Assembly (NCBI GenBank): GCA_039028935.1
Contig: JBCCHD010000002.1
Coordinates: 161,864 to 225,863, forward strand
Direction of reading: 5' to 3'
From: Pseudomonadota bacterium
Lineage (GTDB): Bacteria > Pseudomonadota > Gammaproteobacteria > Steroidobacterales > SZUA-146
DNA: 64,000 nucleotides
Shown here: positions 18,858 to 28,079 of the stretch, piece after piece
Layout of the letters: every line of letters begins with the position of its first letter
Position numbering within the stretch: position 1 is the stretch's first letter
Position numbers and translations under genes: made by a program
The notes under the pieces: generated by a model
Databases searched by the model: none
What the model was told of the DNA's origin: nothing
What the model saw: the letters and a program-made list of their open reading frames with translations, nothing else

Positions 18858-19529
18858 ATGCGTATTAAACCAACTGGCGTGACCGCACTGGCTGCTGCGC
18901 TTGTGTTGAGCATCGGTGGCTGTACCACCATCAACCCGTACACTGGCGATGAGCAAACCGCCAAAGCCACGAAGGGGTCGCTGATCGGCGCGGGCATTGG
19001 CGCGCTGGCCGGCATTATTTCCGGTGACGATTCACGGGATCGTCGCAAGCGCGCATTAATCGGTGCGGGTATTGGCGCCTTGGCTGGGGGGTCGATCGGT
19101 TACTACATGGATCGTCAGGAAGCGATTTTGCGCCAGGAATTGGCGGATACGGGGATTGTGTTCGAGCGCCAAGGCGACAACATCGTGATGGCTATGCCGG
19201 GCAATGTCACGTTCGACGTAAACAAGGCCGACATTCAGCCACAGTTTGTGCCGGTGCTCGATCGCCTGTCACAGGTGTTTAATGAGAACAACCAGACGTT
19301 TATCGAGGTGGTTGGTCACACCGACAGCACTGGATCCGATTCGATCAACCAGGCGCTGTCTGAGCGCCGCGCCCAAAGCGTGGTGTCGTACTTCAAAGGC
19401 CGCAGCGTCGTGGGTGAGCGTCTTGCTGGATTCGGCCAAAGTTCGGCCTATCCGATCGCGGATAACGCCACCGAAGTCGGGCGCCAGCTCAACCGACGCG
19501 TCGAGATCACGCTCGTGCCCATCACTTAA
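18858..19529 (+). CDS. OmpA-family lipoprotein with glycine-zipper repeats (YiaD-like)
   Basis: The lipobox is LSIGGC. The glycine zipper GAGIGALAG occurs twice. The OmpA C-terminal domain reads VVGHTDSTGSDSINQALSERRAQSV...NRRVEI. The 5' part of the tracked ORF (from 18597) overlaps the divergent gene. Confidence 0.9.
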   Translation: MRIKPTGVTALAAALVLSIGGCTTINPYTGDEQTAKATKGSLIGAGIGALAGIISGDDSRDRRKRALIGAGIGALAGGSIGYYMDRQEAILRQELADTGIVFERQGDNIVMAMPGNVTFDVNKADIQPQFVPVLDRLSQVFNENNQTFIEVVGHTDSTGSDSINQALSERRAQSVVSYFKGRSVVGERLAGFGQSSAYPIADNATEVGRQLNRRVEITLVPIT

Positions 19530-19767
19530 AAACGTCCTTGCGGTATCGCGCCCCTCTCGTCCGCCGGTTCGATGTTGGATCGGCGGACGACTTGGGTCCG
19601 CATAATCACCCTGTGATTATTAGAAACGTCGCTGATCAGCGGCGATCATCGGGCAAAAAAGGCAAAAAACCGCATTGAGTCCATGCGATAACAAACGTTG
19701 ACAGAGGGGTGCTGAACTCCGAATCGGCCGCATTGTCTGAATAGCTGTCTTAGTTGAGAGATGCTTA

Positions 19768-20517
19768 ATGCTTGATTTTGTTACACGTTTTCTAGTTGTG
19801 TCGGCGGCCGCCGTTGTCGCCGCTGTGCCGTCGGTGCACGCGGACTTTCAGGCCCACAGCGCCTATTACGATGTGCGCATCAACGTGTTGAAAGGCGCCA
19901 TGACGACCGAATTGCGCAAGGACGAAGCGGGCTATCGAGGCACCTCTCGTATTAAGCCTCGCGGGCTGGCCCGTTTTGCAACGCGCGGCGAAATTGTCAA
20001 TCAATCGATTTTTCAGCTGTCTGACCAGGGCGTGCAGCCGCTGGCGTTTACTGGCAGCGATATGATTTCAAAGCGCAAAAAGCAAGCGTCGCTCAATTTC
20101 GATTGGGACGCGTTGCGCGTTACCGGACAAGCGGCCCAGAAGAAAAGCGGTAAGCGTATCGAAACGGTGATCGATACCGAAGCGGAAACCGATATGCACG
20201 ACGCGATATCGCTGCAATATGCCCTCATGCACGATCTGCACAATGACGCACTCAAGGCCCACTACACACTACTCGACGGCAGCGACATCAAGCGCATTAA
20301 CATAACGCGCCTTGAACCCGCCGCGCTGCGTGTGCCGTATGGTGAGTTTGATGTGGTGCCGGTGCAGCACCAGGTCGAAGGCTCTTCGCGAATCACCACC
20401 TTCTGGCTTGCTGAAGAGCTGGGTTATTTGCCGATCAAAATTGAACAGACGCGCAAAGGGAAGCGACTGATGCGCGCAGAACTGGGCAACTACGAATTGA
20501 TCAATACGGATAAGTAG
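19768..20517 (+). CDS. DUF3108 domain-containing secreted protein
   Basis: A signal peptide is followed by a DUF3108-like layout (YDVRINVLKGAMTTEL..., DAISLQYALMHDL, ITTFWLAEELGYLPIKIEQ). Confidence 0.65.
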   Translation: MLDFVTRFLVVSAAAVVAAVPSVHADFQAHSAYYDVRINVLKGAMTTELRKDEAGYRGTSRIKPRGLARFATRGEIVNQSIFQLSDQGVQPLAFTGSDMISKRKKQASLNFDWDALRVTGQAAQKKSGKRIETVIDTEAETDMHDAISLQYALMHDLHNDALKAHYTLLDGSDIKRINITRLEPAALRVPYGEFDVVPVQHQVEGSSRITTFWLAEELGYLPIKIEQTRKGKRLMRAELGNYELINTDK

Positions 20518-20592
20518 GCAGGCGGCGAGCATGCTCGGGCGGCCTGCAGAGGCAGGAGTCGGAGCCTTCCATGGCCCGCAATGTCGATACGG

Positions 20593-20733
20593 TTACCGTT
20601 TTTTGGTTCGTCCCTGCACCGCCTTAAAGCGGGGATTCGACTTGCAGATCACATAGAGCCGACCACGGCGCTTGACCACTTGGCAGTCCGGATGGCGTTT
20701 TTTGGCGCTTTTAAGCGAACTCATGACTTTCAT
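20593..20733 (-). CDS. rpmJ: Type B 50S ribosomal protein L36 (zinc-independent paralog, YkgO-like)
   Basis: I translated this by hand because it is absent from the ORF track (46 aa): [46 protein letters not shown], near-identical in pattern to YkgO. Its ATG overlaps the TGA of the upstream L31 paralog (ATGA). Confidence 0.9.
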   Translation of the reverse strand: MKVMSSLKSAKKRHPDCQVVKRRGRLYVICKSNPRFKAVQGRTKKR

Positions 20734-20990
20734 TCTGTGTCTTCCTTTTTCTTTCGCTTAAAGCGCTTGTTGAACTTGGCGATGCGCCCGTCGAGCTGCG
20801 CCACGCGCTGCTTACCGGTATAGAACGGATGCGATGCGCTGGAGACCTCGACCGTCACATACGGGTAGGTTTTGCCTTCATGCTCGGCGGTACGCTCGGT
20901 TTTCACCGTTGAGCCGATGACGTAATACAGATCCGCTGTCGTGTCGTGAAACAGCACGTCGCGGTACTCAGGGTGGATGTCGGGTCTCAT
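20730..20990 (-). CDS. rpmE2: Type B 50S ribosomal protein L31 (Cys-less paralog, YkgM-like)
   Basis: [31 protein letters not shown]...[21 protein letters not shown] lacks the CxxC zinc ribbon. A GGAG RBS precedes the ATG at 20990. The upstream part of the tracked ORF is not credible. Confidence 0.92.
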   Translation of the reverse strand: MRPDIHPEYRDVLFHDTTADLYYVIGSTVKTERTAEHEGKTYPYVTVEVSSASHPFYTGKQRVAQLDGRIAKFNKRFKRKKKEDTE

Positions 20991-21120
20991 GCGAGGCGCT
21001 CCGGGCCAAAAAATGGAGTGCGATGGTAGTATATTCGTTTTCGGGCGTCCAGCACGGATTGCGGCTTTTCGCGGATTTTCTCGACGTTGGGCAAAACGAT
21101 CCAGGCGACCCGCTACGTCG

Positions 21121-21145
21121 AAAATCGGAGATCTCAATAATCTCC
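21121..21145 (-). terminator. Candidate intrinsic terminator after the acyl-AMP ligase gene
   Basis: On the minus strand, the stem ggagat/atctcc with a 7-nt loop is followed by gatttt, 15 nt after the stop codon. Confidence 0.45.
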
Positions 21146-21159
21146 ATTTATTCAGGTAC

Positions 21160-23142
21160 TTAGTCCCTCTGCACCCAGGCAGCGATATCCCGCAGCGTCG
21201 GATGATCAAACAGATCGCTCACATCGAGCTTGCCAGGGAACTGTTCTTCGATAGCCAATGCGATTTCCGAGAGCGTGAGAGAACTGACGCCGACCTCAAA
21301 TAAGTTGTCGTCGGGGCCGATCGGACTCTCCGCAAACTCTTGAGCGATGGCCACTACCTTCGCACAGACGTCAACGGCGGGGGCATCCGCGTCGTGATCC
21401 TCTGTGGCTGCATCTGGCCCCTCTTTGTCGGTCGGGAGAACGCGCACGCCCGGGGCAGTGAGCACGTCATCGAATTCGCCGCGCATAAACGCATTGGCAA
21501 GATGAAGGCGTTGAATTTTGCCTGAGGTGGTTTTGGGGATGCGCGACACCGGCACCACGTAGTCTGCCTCAAGCCCTAGGCGCGCGCTGATATTCGCGCG
21601 GATAGCGTTGGCACGTTCACCAAAATCAGCGACCTCTTGGCGATACAGCACAAACACGGCGACGCGCTCTCGTTCTTCGCCGGCCGGTCGTACGGCAGCG
21701 ACTGCCACCTTGCCCAGTTCAGCACCGGGCACGTCGCTGAGCGTGGCCTCGACATCGTGCGCATAATAATTTTGCCCGGCGCTGATTAATACATCTTTAA
21801 TCCTGCCCACAATGACCAGGCTCTTGCCCTCAGATCCGTCCACCCAAGCGCCGGAATCGCCTGTTCTAAGCCACCCGTCTTCTGTGAACAGACTGGCAGT
21901 GGTCGCGGCGTCCCCGTAGATCGCGTGCGTCACACTGTTTCCGCGAAGTTGAATATGACCGACCGTCTCGTGGGGCACGGGCTTGTCGTGGTCATCAGTA
22001 ATGCGCAGTGCGACGTCGGGAATCGGGGTGCCCACGTGCACCAGCGCCAGTGCGTGATCGTGGTCCGAAGCGACCTTCTTGAGCGGGTTGCCGATGCCAA
22101 GCATCGAGCGATCCACGCAGGTGCTCTCAAAGTGAGTCTCGGCGGGCGAAAAGCTAACCCCGACGGTCGCTTCGGCTAGACCGTATACCGGCCGCAGGCT
22201 AGTGGCCTTTAAATTGAGTGGCGCAAGCGTTGTAAGAAAGGTGTCGCACAGCGATTTTGAAATAGGCTCTGCGCCGTTCAGTATCTGGCGCACCGCGCTC
22301 AGATCGAGATCATCAAGACCGCGCCGTGCAATACTCTTTAGCAAATGTTCGTAGCCGAAGTTCGGCGAGCATAAAAGGGTGCTGCGCCGTTCAGCAGCGA
22401 GCGACAGCCACAGTTTGGGCCGCCGGACAAACGCACTGGTATCGAGTATGGCGTGCGTCATCCCGGCGGCCAACACAGCAAGATGAAACCCAATTAGGCC
22501 CATATCATGGGTGAGCGGCATCCAGCTGAGCGCGCGATCATCGGCGGTCCATTCGCCAGCTTTGATAATCGCGTCAATGTTTGTCATGACGTTTTTATGC
22601 GTCAGACAAACGCCCTTGGGGTCGCCCGTTGAGCCTGAACTGTACTGAATAAACGCCACGTCGTCGGGCTGAGCGGCGACGAGTTGGCCGACGGCGTCGG
22701 GTTGACTATCGTCGGGCGTGAACACTGGCACGGTGTCCAGAGTGTGTTGGGCATGCCGATTAGTCGCGGCAAACTCGGTGAGGCGTGCGTGCTGATCGAG
22801 TGAGGTGAACAGCGTGGCATTGTTAAGCTGTCCCATAATGCGTAAGAGCTTGGAGCGGTGCTCGTCGCTGATGCCCACCGCGACCGGTACGGGCACGATG
22901 CCGCCGAGCACCGCCGCCCAGAACGCCACAATAAACGCTTCGTTCGACTGGGTGTAGATGATCAGTTCGTTACCTGTCTGCAGGCCGCGCTGTTGGAGCG
23001 TGGCGAGCAGTGCGCTGGCGCGCGCTTTGAGCTCGACTGGCGTCATCGTCGAGGTCTCGTCCTGTGTGCGAATGCATTCGATCTGAAGCGGGCGGGCCAT
23101 CGATGCGTCGAGCATCTTGGCCAGTGTGGCGTAGCGCGGCAC
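21160..23142 (-). CDS. Fatty-acyl-AMP ligase / adenylation enzyme fused to a C-terminal acyl/peptidyl carrier domain
   Basis: The ANL core motifs are [30 protein letters not shown] and [10 protein letters not shown]. The C-terminal carrier domain has the phosphopantetheine site context [14 protein letters not shown]. The GTG start lies 1 nt after the P450 stop. Confidence 0.85.
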   Translation of the reverse strand: MPRYATLAKMLDASMARPLQIECIRTQDETSTMTPVELKARASALLATLQQRGLQTGNELIIYTQSNEAFIVAFWAAVLGGIVPVPVAVGISDEHRSKLLRIMGQLNNATLFTSLDQHARLTEFAATNRHAQHTLDTVPVFTPDDSQPDAVGQLVAAQPDDVAFIQYSSGSTGDPKGVCLTHKNVMTNIDAIIKAGEWTADDRALSWMPLTHDMGLIGFHLAVLAAGMTHAILDTSAFVRRPKLWLSLAAERRSTLLCSPNFGYEHLLKSIARRGLDDLDLSAVRQILNGAEPISKSLCDTFLTTLAPLNLKATSLRPVYGLAEATVGVSFSPAETHFESTCVDRSMLGIGNPLKKVASDHDHALALVHVGTPIPDVALRITDDHDKPVPHETVGHIQLRGNSVTHAIYGDAATTASLFTEDGWLRTGDSGAWVDGSEGKSLVIVGRIKDVLISAGQNYYAHDVEATLSDVPGAELGKVAVAAVRPAGEERERVAVFVLYRQEVADFGERANAIRANISARLGLEADYVVPVSRIPKTTSGKIQRLHLANAFMRGEFDDVLTAPGVRVLPTDKEGPDAATEDHDADAPAVDVCAKVVAIAQEFAESPIGPDDNLFEVGVSSLTLSEIALAIEEQFPGKLDVSDLFDHPTLRDIAAWVQRD

Positions 23143-23143
23143 G

Positions 23144-24439
23144 TCAGGCTGCCCGCTGCTCGATGGTCAGATAAATCGGTTCGGCCGACCGCAGATTGAT
23201 ACCGAGTTCCAGATCTGGCTGGACGTTGGTGGCAACCGAGAATTTGGGCAACAGCGTGGCCAGCATGAGCTTCATTTCCAAGAACGAAAAATACTCGCCC
23301 AGACAGCGTCGGGGTCCCAGCGAGAACGGTAAGGATAAACCATCGGCGATACGTGTGCCTGGTGCAAAACGCGTTGGGTCAAACCGCTCGGGATCGGGCC
23401 AGTGGTGGGCGGTGGTGTGCAGGATGAGCGGTGAAATATAAACATCGTCACCGTCGCGAATGGTCAGATCATCGAGCTCGAAATCCGCCACCGCGCGCCG
23501 AGTAAACAACCAAACCGGCGGGTACAAACGCAGCGTCTCGTCCAGAACCTGCTGGCAATAGGTTAGATTGGATAGCGTGTCTGCGTCGAGTGATGGGCTG
23601 TCAATCTCGGCGAATTCACGGAGCATTGTCTGCTCCACTTCCGGGTGCGTGGCCAGTAAATACCACGCCCAATTCAGCGTGCCCGCCGAGGTCTCATAGC
23701 CTGCAACGGTCAATGTAATGATTTCATCGAGCAGTTCAGCGTCGCTGAAGCCTTGACCATCGCGATCGGTCTGTCCCATCAATACCGAAAGAAAATCGAA
23801 ATGGTCGGCATCGGACTGTTGGCGGCGATGCTCAATGATAGAGAGGATTAGCGACCGAAGATCACGAACTTGCAGAACCACCCGCAAGTCGCGCGTAGCG
23901 TCTTCGCTTAAAAATGCAAACGGATTTTGACCTTCGGTGGCAATCGCGCGGTCGTAGTCGGGACCAAATATGGCGCGTAAAATCAGTTCAAGACCCGCGT
24001 CGTTCATTTCGCGCGTAATGTTCACACGCCCATTGTCGTGTTCGATTTTTTCTGCCCAGCGGCGCGCTCGCTCGTCGCAGCATGCGCGCATCATATCGAT
24101 CAGTAGGTGCAGTTTTTTTCGCGAAAACGCCGGCTGAATCATGCGGCGCGAGCGCCTCCAAGTTGTGCCGTCGCTGACAATCAGGCCATTACCTAGCAGC
24201 ATTTTGACGCGCTCGAAACCAGGCCCTTTGTAGAACTTGCCGTGATGCTTGACCAATAGGCGGTGCAAAAAATCGGGATGATTGATAAACCAGCCGCGGC
24301 GCCCATTGGGGCGCGTCAGCGCGACAACGTCGCCATACTCCCGTTGCAACGCGCGAAGCTGATCGAGGCTTTGCGGATCGATGCCAATCGACACCGGCTC
24401 GGACGGTCCGAGCGCTTGGAAATGAGTGGGAGAGTTCAT
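23144..24439 (-). CDS. Cytochrome P450 (CYP4/fatty-acid-hydroxylase-like by motif)
   Basis: The EXXR motif is in ETLRLYPP. The heme loop is FSLGPRRCLGEYFSFLEMK. The I-helix-like segment is TLTVAGYETSAGTL. Confidence 0.92.
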   Translation of the reverse strand: MNSPTHFQALGPSEPVSIGIDPQSLDQLRALQREYGDVVALTRPNGRRGWFINHPDFLHRLLVKHHGKFYKGPGFERVKMLLGNGLIVSDGTTWRRSRRMIQPAFSRKKLHLLIDMMRACCDERARRWAEKIEHDNGRVNITREMNDAGLELILRAIFGPDYDRAIATEGQNPFAFLSEDATRDLRVVLQVRDLRSLILSIIEHRRQQSDADHFDFLSVLMGQTDRDGQGFSDAELLDEIITLTVAGYETSAGTLNWAWYLLATHPEVEQTMLREFAEIDSPSLDADTLSNLTYCQQVLDETLRLYPPVWLFTRRAVADFELDDLTIRDGDDVYISPLILHTTAHHWPDPERFDPTRFAPGTRIADGLSLPFSLGPRRCLGEYFSFLEMKLMLATLLPKFSVATNVQPDLELGINLRSAEPIYLTIEQRAA

Positions 24440-24529
24440 GTATTAAGGCACAGTCCGGGCCGCGTTTCGCCGTATTTAAGTTTACAATGACCGGGTCTCA
24501 ACCGATAGTGCAGCCGATAGCGAGTTTTA

Positions 24530-25291
24530 ATGACTAAACCCGATTCATCCATCGATGCCCGTCGTGGCAAAGCGTCACGACGACGCATGACGCTGGGGCG
24601 TCGCGTCGCTTATGCGGTTGGCTTGCCGTTGCTGAGACTCACGTTACGGCTCTTATGGATGAGCTATCGGGTGAAGCCGATTGATCTTCCTGCCAGCGTC
24701 AACACCATGATCGACAACAACACGTTGTTCGCTCCGTGTTATTGGCATCAAAACCACATTCTGTGTACGAGCACCATCAAGCAGTGGATCAGGCGAGGAT
24801 TTCGCGCAGCGTTTCTGATTTCGGGTTCGGTTGATGGCGAGGTGCCGGCACGAATCGCCGCGGCGTGGGGGGCCGAGGTGATTCGCGGGTCGTCAAACAC
24901 ATCCGGCGCGCTGGTTCTGCGCGACATGCACGCGGCGATGCGTGAGGGCGTTTCGATCGTAACAACCGCCGATGGACCACTCGGCCCGCAGCACCATTTC
25001 AAAGAGGGAGCGGTGCTGATGGCCCGCATTGGTGGCGCACCGCTGGTGGCGCTGGGGTGTGCCGCGGATCGTGCCTGGGTGCTCGAAAGGCGCTGGGACC
25101 AGTTTATTATCCCCAAACCCTTCGCTCGAGTAGCGATTTGCGTATCCGAACCCATCGATGTGCCCAAATCGGTGCCGGCCGATCAGCTCGAAACCTATCG
25201 GGCTCGGATGGAGCAGGCGGTGAATGAGCAAACGGCCCGCGCCCGGGCGGCGTTGGCCCTCACGGCCTCCGACACCACGCCCGGCGATTGA
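24530..25291 (+). CDS. DUF374 / lysophospholipid-acyltransferase-superfamily protein
   Basis: The protein has an N-terminal membrane anchor. The DUF374-like blocks are CYWHQNH, LISGSVDGEVPARIAAAWGAEVIRGSS and VTTADGPLGP. It is divergent from the P450 operon. Confidence 0.7.
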   Translation: MTKPDSSIDARRGKASRRRMTLGRRVAYAVGLPLLRLTLRLLWMSYRVKPIDLPASVNTMIDNNTLFAPCYWHQNHILCTSTIKQWIRRGFRAAFLISGSVDGEVPARIAAAWGAEVIRGSSNTSGALVLRDMHAAMREGVSIVTTADGPLGPQHHFKEGAVLMARIGGAPLVALGCAADRAWVLERRWDQFIIPKPFARVAICVSEPIDVPKSVPADQLETYRARMEQAVNEQTARARAALALTASDTTPGD

Positions 25292-25386
25292 CCGGTTACC
25301 GTTCGGCTATTTTCCGAGGCGTGTAATGGTTTGGTGGTCGCTGCGACTACACAGACTAATACCGGTGCTGAGCCCGAGGTAACCGC

Positions 25387-25881
25387 GTGGCGGTTGAACA
25401 GCAATTCCAACAGATTTTGGCAGAACATGCGTCGATGATTCAGCGTATTGCGCAAACGCATGAGCGTCGGCCGGCACTTATCCAAGAGCTGGTTCAAGAG
25501 GCGGCGTTTGCCTTGTGGCGCGCATTGCCCAGTTTTCGCGGCGACAGTTCGATGCGCACCTTTGTTGGACGCATTACACATAATGTCTGCATCAGCCATG
25601 TTCGTAAGGAGTCCAAAGGACAGCTTGACGAGCTGCCCGCGGAGTTAGTGGACCCCGGCCCCATGCCCGACGACGTGGCGGATCGCGACGGGCAACGAGC
25701 ATGGCTGTTAGCGGCTGTGCGCGAGCTTCCCTTGAGTCTGCGGCCGGTTGTGACGCTTCATCTAGAAGGGTTTAGCAATAAAGAGATAGCGACCGCACTG
25801 GCGTTGACGCCCAATAATGTCGGCGTGCGCCTGAATCGCGGTCGCACAATGTTGAAAGCGCGTATCGAGGAAATCCGATGA
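25387..25881 (+). CDS. ECF-type RNA polymerase sigma-70 family factor
   Basis: Sigma-2 reads LVQEAAFALWRALPSFRG...FVGRITHNVCISHVRK. Sigma-4 reads LPLSLRPVVTLHLEGFSNKEIATALALTPNNVGVRLNRGRTML. The start is a GTG. Confidence 0.85.
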   Translation: MAVEQQFQQILAEHASMIQRIAQTHERRPALIQELVQEAAFALWRALPSFRGDSSMRTFVGRITHNVCISHVRKESKGQLDELPAELVDPGPMPDDVADRDGQRAWLLAAVRELPLSLRPVVTLHLEGFSNKEIATALALTPNNVGVRLNRGRTMLKARIEEIR

Positions 25882-26465
25882 ACGATTCTCAGGACGACTT
25901 CAATCTCCGCAACATCTGGCAGCAAAGCCCGAGTGTGGATGTCGATGAGCTGATCCGCGGAGTGAAGCAGGCGCGCAGTAAGATGCGTCGTTTCTTTTAC
26001 TTTGAGTTGGGTAGCTCGATATTGGGGTTGGCATTGATTGCCTGGTTTTGGAGTCTGGATGGGTTAGGAGATCAGCGCGGATTGATTGCGTTATTGGTGG
26101 TGGCCGCGATTGCCCTGCAGTTTTGGACATGGACTTGGCGCCGCGGGTTGTGGGACGCCATGGCCGGTTCGCCGCCGGAATTACTCGACTTGCAAAAGCG
26201 CCATTTGTTATTGGACATCAAGATTGCACGTTCTTGTTCATGGGGCGTGGTGATCGGTGTGCTTGTCGGTTTTGGCATGGGCCTGTTTGTTGAAGGAGAG
26301 CGCCTCGATATCGACGAGGGATTGCGTATGGCGCTTCTCGCCTTCGCCGTCATTTTTTTGCTGGCGCTTTTTTTGTGGGGCGTGCGTAAGGAAATGGTCG
26401 CTCGCACACGGCTCAAGGCACTCGAGAAGCGAATTCAGGCGTTAGAGGAAAGCGACATGTTGTAA
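25878..26465 (+). CDS. Multi-pass membrane protein, candidate non-canonical anti-sigma factor
   Basis: Its ATG overlaps the sigma stop (ATGA). It has a ~35-aa cytoplasmic N-terminus, four hydrophobic helices and a C-terminal coiled segment (LKALEKRIQALEE). No HxxxCxxC zinc motif is present. Confidence 0.6.
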   Translation: MNDSQDDFNLRNIWQQSPSVDVDELIRGVKQARSKMRRFFYFELGSSILGLALIAWFWSLDGLGDQRGLIALLVVAAIALQFWTWTWRRGLWDAMAGSPPELLDLQKRHLLLDIKIARSCSWGVVIGVLVGFGMGLFVEGERLDIDEGLRMALLAFAVIFLLALFLWGVRKEMVARTRLKALEKRIQALEESDML

Positions 26466-26519
26466 TGTTTTGGTGGCGGTGACGACTAGCGGGATACACT
26501 CACTTGCAAAGACGTTGCT

Positions 26520-27953
26520 ATGAACCATCGAACACTGCACTTACTGTATCTCACGGTTATTCTGCTTCTACCGCTCTACTCCAATTCAACTTCCGGCCAA
26601 ACGATCTCCACCGAACCGGAATGGCGAGCTTGCCACATTAAGGACATTGAATCGCGGGCGCGCTGCACCACGGTGGCGGTGCCCGAAGATTGGCAAGACC
26701 CCTCCGGCAAGCACATCAGTCTGCATGTGGCGGTTGTTCCGCCCAGTGGTGGCCAGGCGGTAAAAGAGCCGCTTTACCTGCTCGCCGGTGGTCCCGGTCA
26801 AGCGGCGACGTCACTGGGTCGCTATGTGGCTGTCGGTCTTGAGCGCGCGCGACGTGGGCGCGAAGTTGTGCTGGTCGATCAGCGCGGTACCGGCGGCAGT
26901 ACGCCTTTTGGTTGTCGCTTCGAGACCGGGATGGACGTCACCATCAAGGGCGACCAGTTTGCGCGAGACTGTCTAGCGGGCACCGATAACCAGTCTGAGC
27001 ATTATCATTCTGATGCGTTCATGCAGGACCTCAACGCGGTACGCGAACGGCTCGGACATACTCGCATCAATCTAGTCGGTGGCTCCTACGGTACGCGTGC
27101 GGCGCTGTTGTATTTACGAAAATACCCAAGTCAGGTGAACGCGCTGGTATTGGACGCCGTTGCCGCGCCGGAAACCGCCTTTTTCGAGCGCTTTTTGGTT
27201 AATGCATCGCGCGCCATTGATAATCTGATGGTCGATTGTGCGGCGGATGAAGACTGTGCGCGTGCTTTTCCAGATCTGGCCGACAAGTTAGCCCAAACGC
27301 TTGCATCGCTCGAGCGCGAATCGGTGATCTTAGAGCGGCCCAACGAGTTAGAGGTGACGCCGGATGTGTTTTTGAACGCGATGCGTAACGCGCTTTACAC
27401 ACCGCTCAATACGGCGCAACTTCCGTTGGTTATCGACGCGGCTGCCAATGGCGACTTTGGCCCGTGGCGTGCGATCGCCGGCAGTATGAATGGTGCGTTT
27501 ACAGAGATGTCCGTCGGCACCCTGTTGTCCGTGCTCTGTGGCGAGGAGATCGCGTCGACGTCTGCAGAGGCCATTGCGGCTCTGAGCGGAGACGGCGTGT
27601 TCAGCAACGTGTCGATGGCCTTCTGGTTCGACGCATGCCGCGTGTGGCCGCATCGAGTAGCGGACACAGCTTATCGGGATCCGGTGGTGTCCGACGTGCC
27701 GGCACTGATTTTGTCCGGTGAGTTAGACCCGGTCACACCGCCGGCGTTTGGTGAGGTTGCCGCGTCGCGATTGCCTAACTCTCGTCACCTAGTTGCGCCT
27801 CATGGCGGGCACACAATTGGTTCATACGGCTGCATTCCAACCTTGGTTGCGGATTTTCTCGACTCGTTGGATGTGAACGCCATCGACGAAGAGTGCCTCA
27901 TGCGTTTCGCTCGCGACCCCTACACGCTCAGTGCGTACGGTCCTCATCCTTAG
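26520..27953 (+). CDS. Secreted alpha/beta hydrolase (TAP / tripeptidyl-aminopeptidase-like)
   Basis: A signal peptide is followed by LLAGGPGQAATS and DQRGTGGS. The nucleophile elbow is GGSYG. The C-terminal TAP-like block is PALILSGELDPVTPP...GGHT. Confidence 0.85.
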   Translation: MNHRTLHLLYLTVILLLPLYSNSTSGQTISTEPEWRACHIKDIESRARCTTVAVPEDWQDPSGKHISLHVAVVPPSGGQAVKEPLYLLAGGPGQAATSLGRYVAVGLERARRGREVVLVDQRGTGGSTPFGCRFETGMDVTIKGDQFARDCLAGTDNQSEHYHSDAFMQDLNAVRERLGHTRINLVGGSYGTRAALLYLRKYPSQVNALVLDAVAAPETAFFERFLVNASRAIDNLMVDCAADEDCARAFPDLADKLAQTLASLERESVILERPNELEVTPDVFLNAMRNALYTPLNTAQLPLVIDAAANGDFGPWRAIAGSMNGAFTEMSVGTLLSVLCGEEIASTSAEAIAALSGDGVFSNVSMAFWFDACRVWPHRVADTAYRDPVVSDVPALILSGELDPVTPPAFGEVAASRLPNSRHLVAPHGGHTIGSYGCIPTLVADFLDSLDVNAIDEECLMRFARDPYTLSAYGPHP

Positions 27954-28079
27954 CCGTTCTCGCTGACGCCCAAAGATCCGTAGACGGTGTCGGCATCGTT
28001 AGCGAAGTCTTGGCACACAGAACCGCTTTTACCAGCACACCCTACTCAGAACGCACAGTCGCGTTTTTTGGAGAACACA

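Noticed and set aside
19558-19589. 9-bp hairpin (cgtccgccg...cggcggacg) after the OmpA-family gene, considered as a terminator
   Set aside because: No U-tract follows it. It may still be a stabilising or Rho-related structure, but I did not annotate it as an intrinsic terminator.
20991-21160. Zur box expected upstream of rpmE2
   Set aside because: I found only a weak partial resemblance (ggtagtatattcg) and no convincing inverted repeat, so I did not annotate it as a feature.
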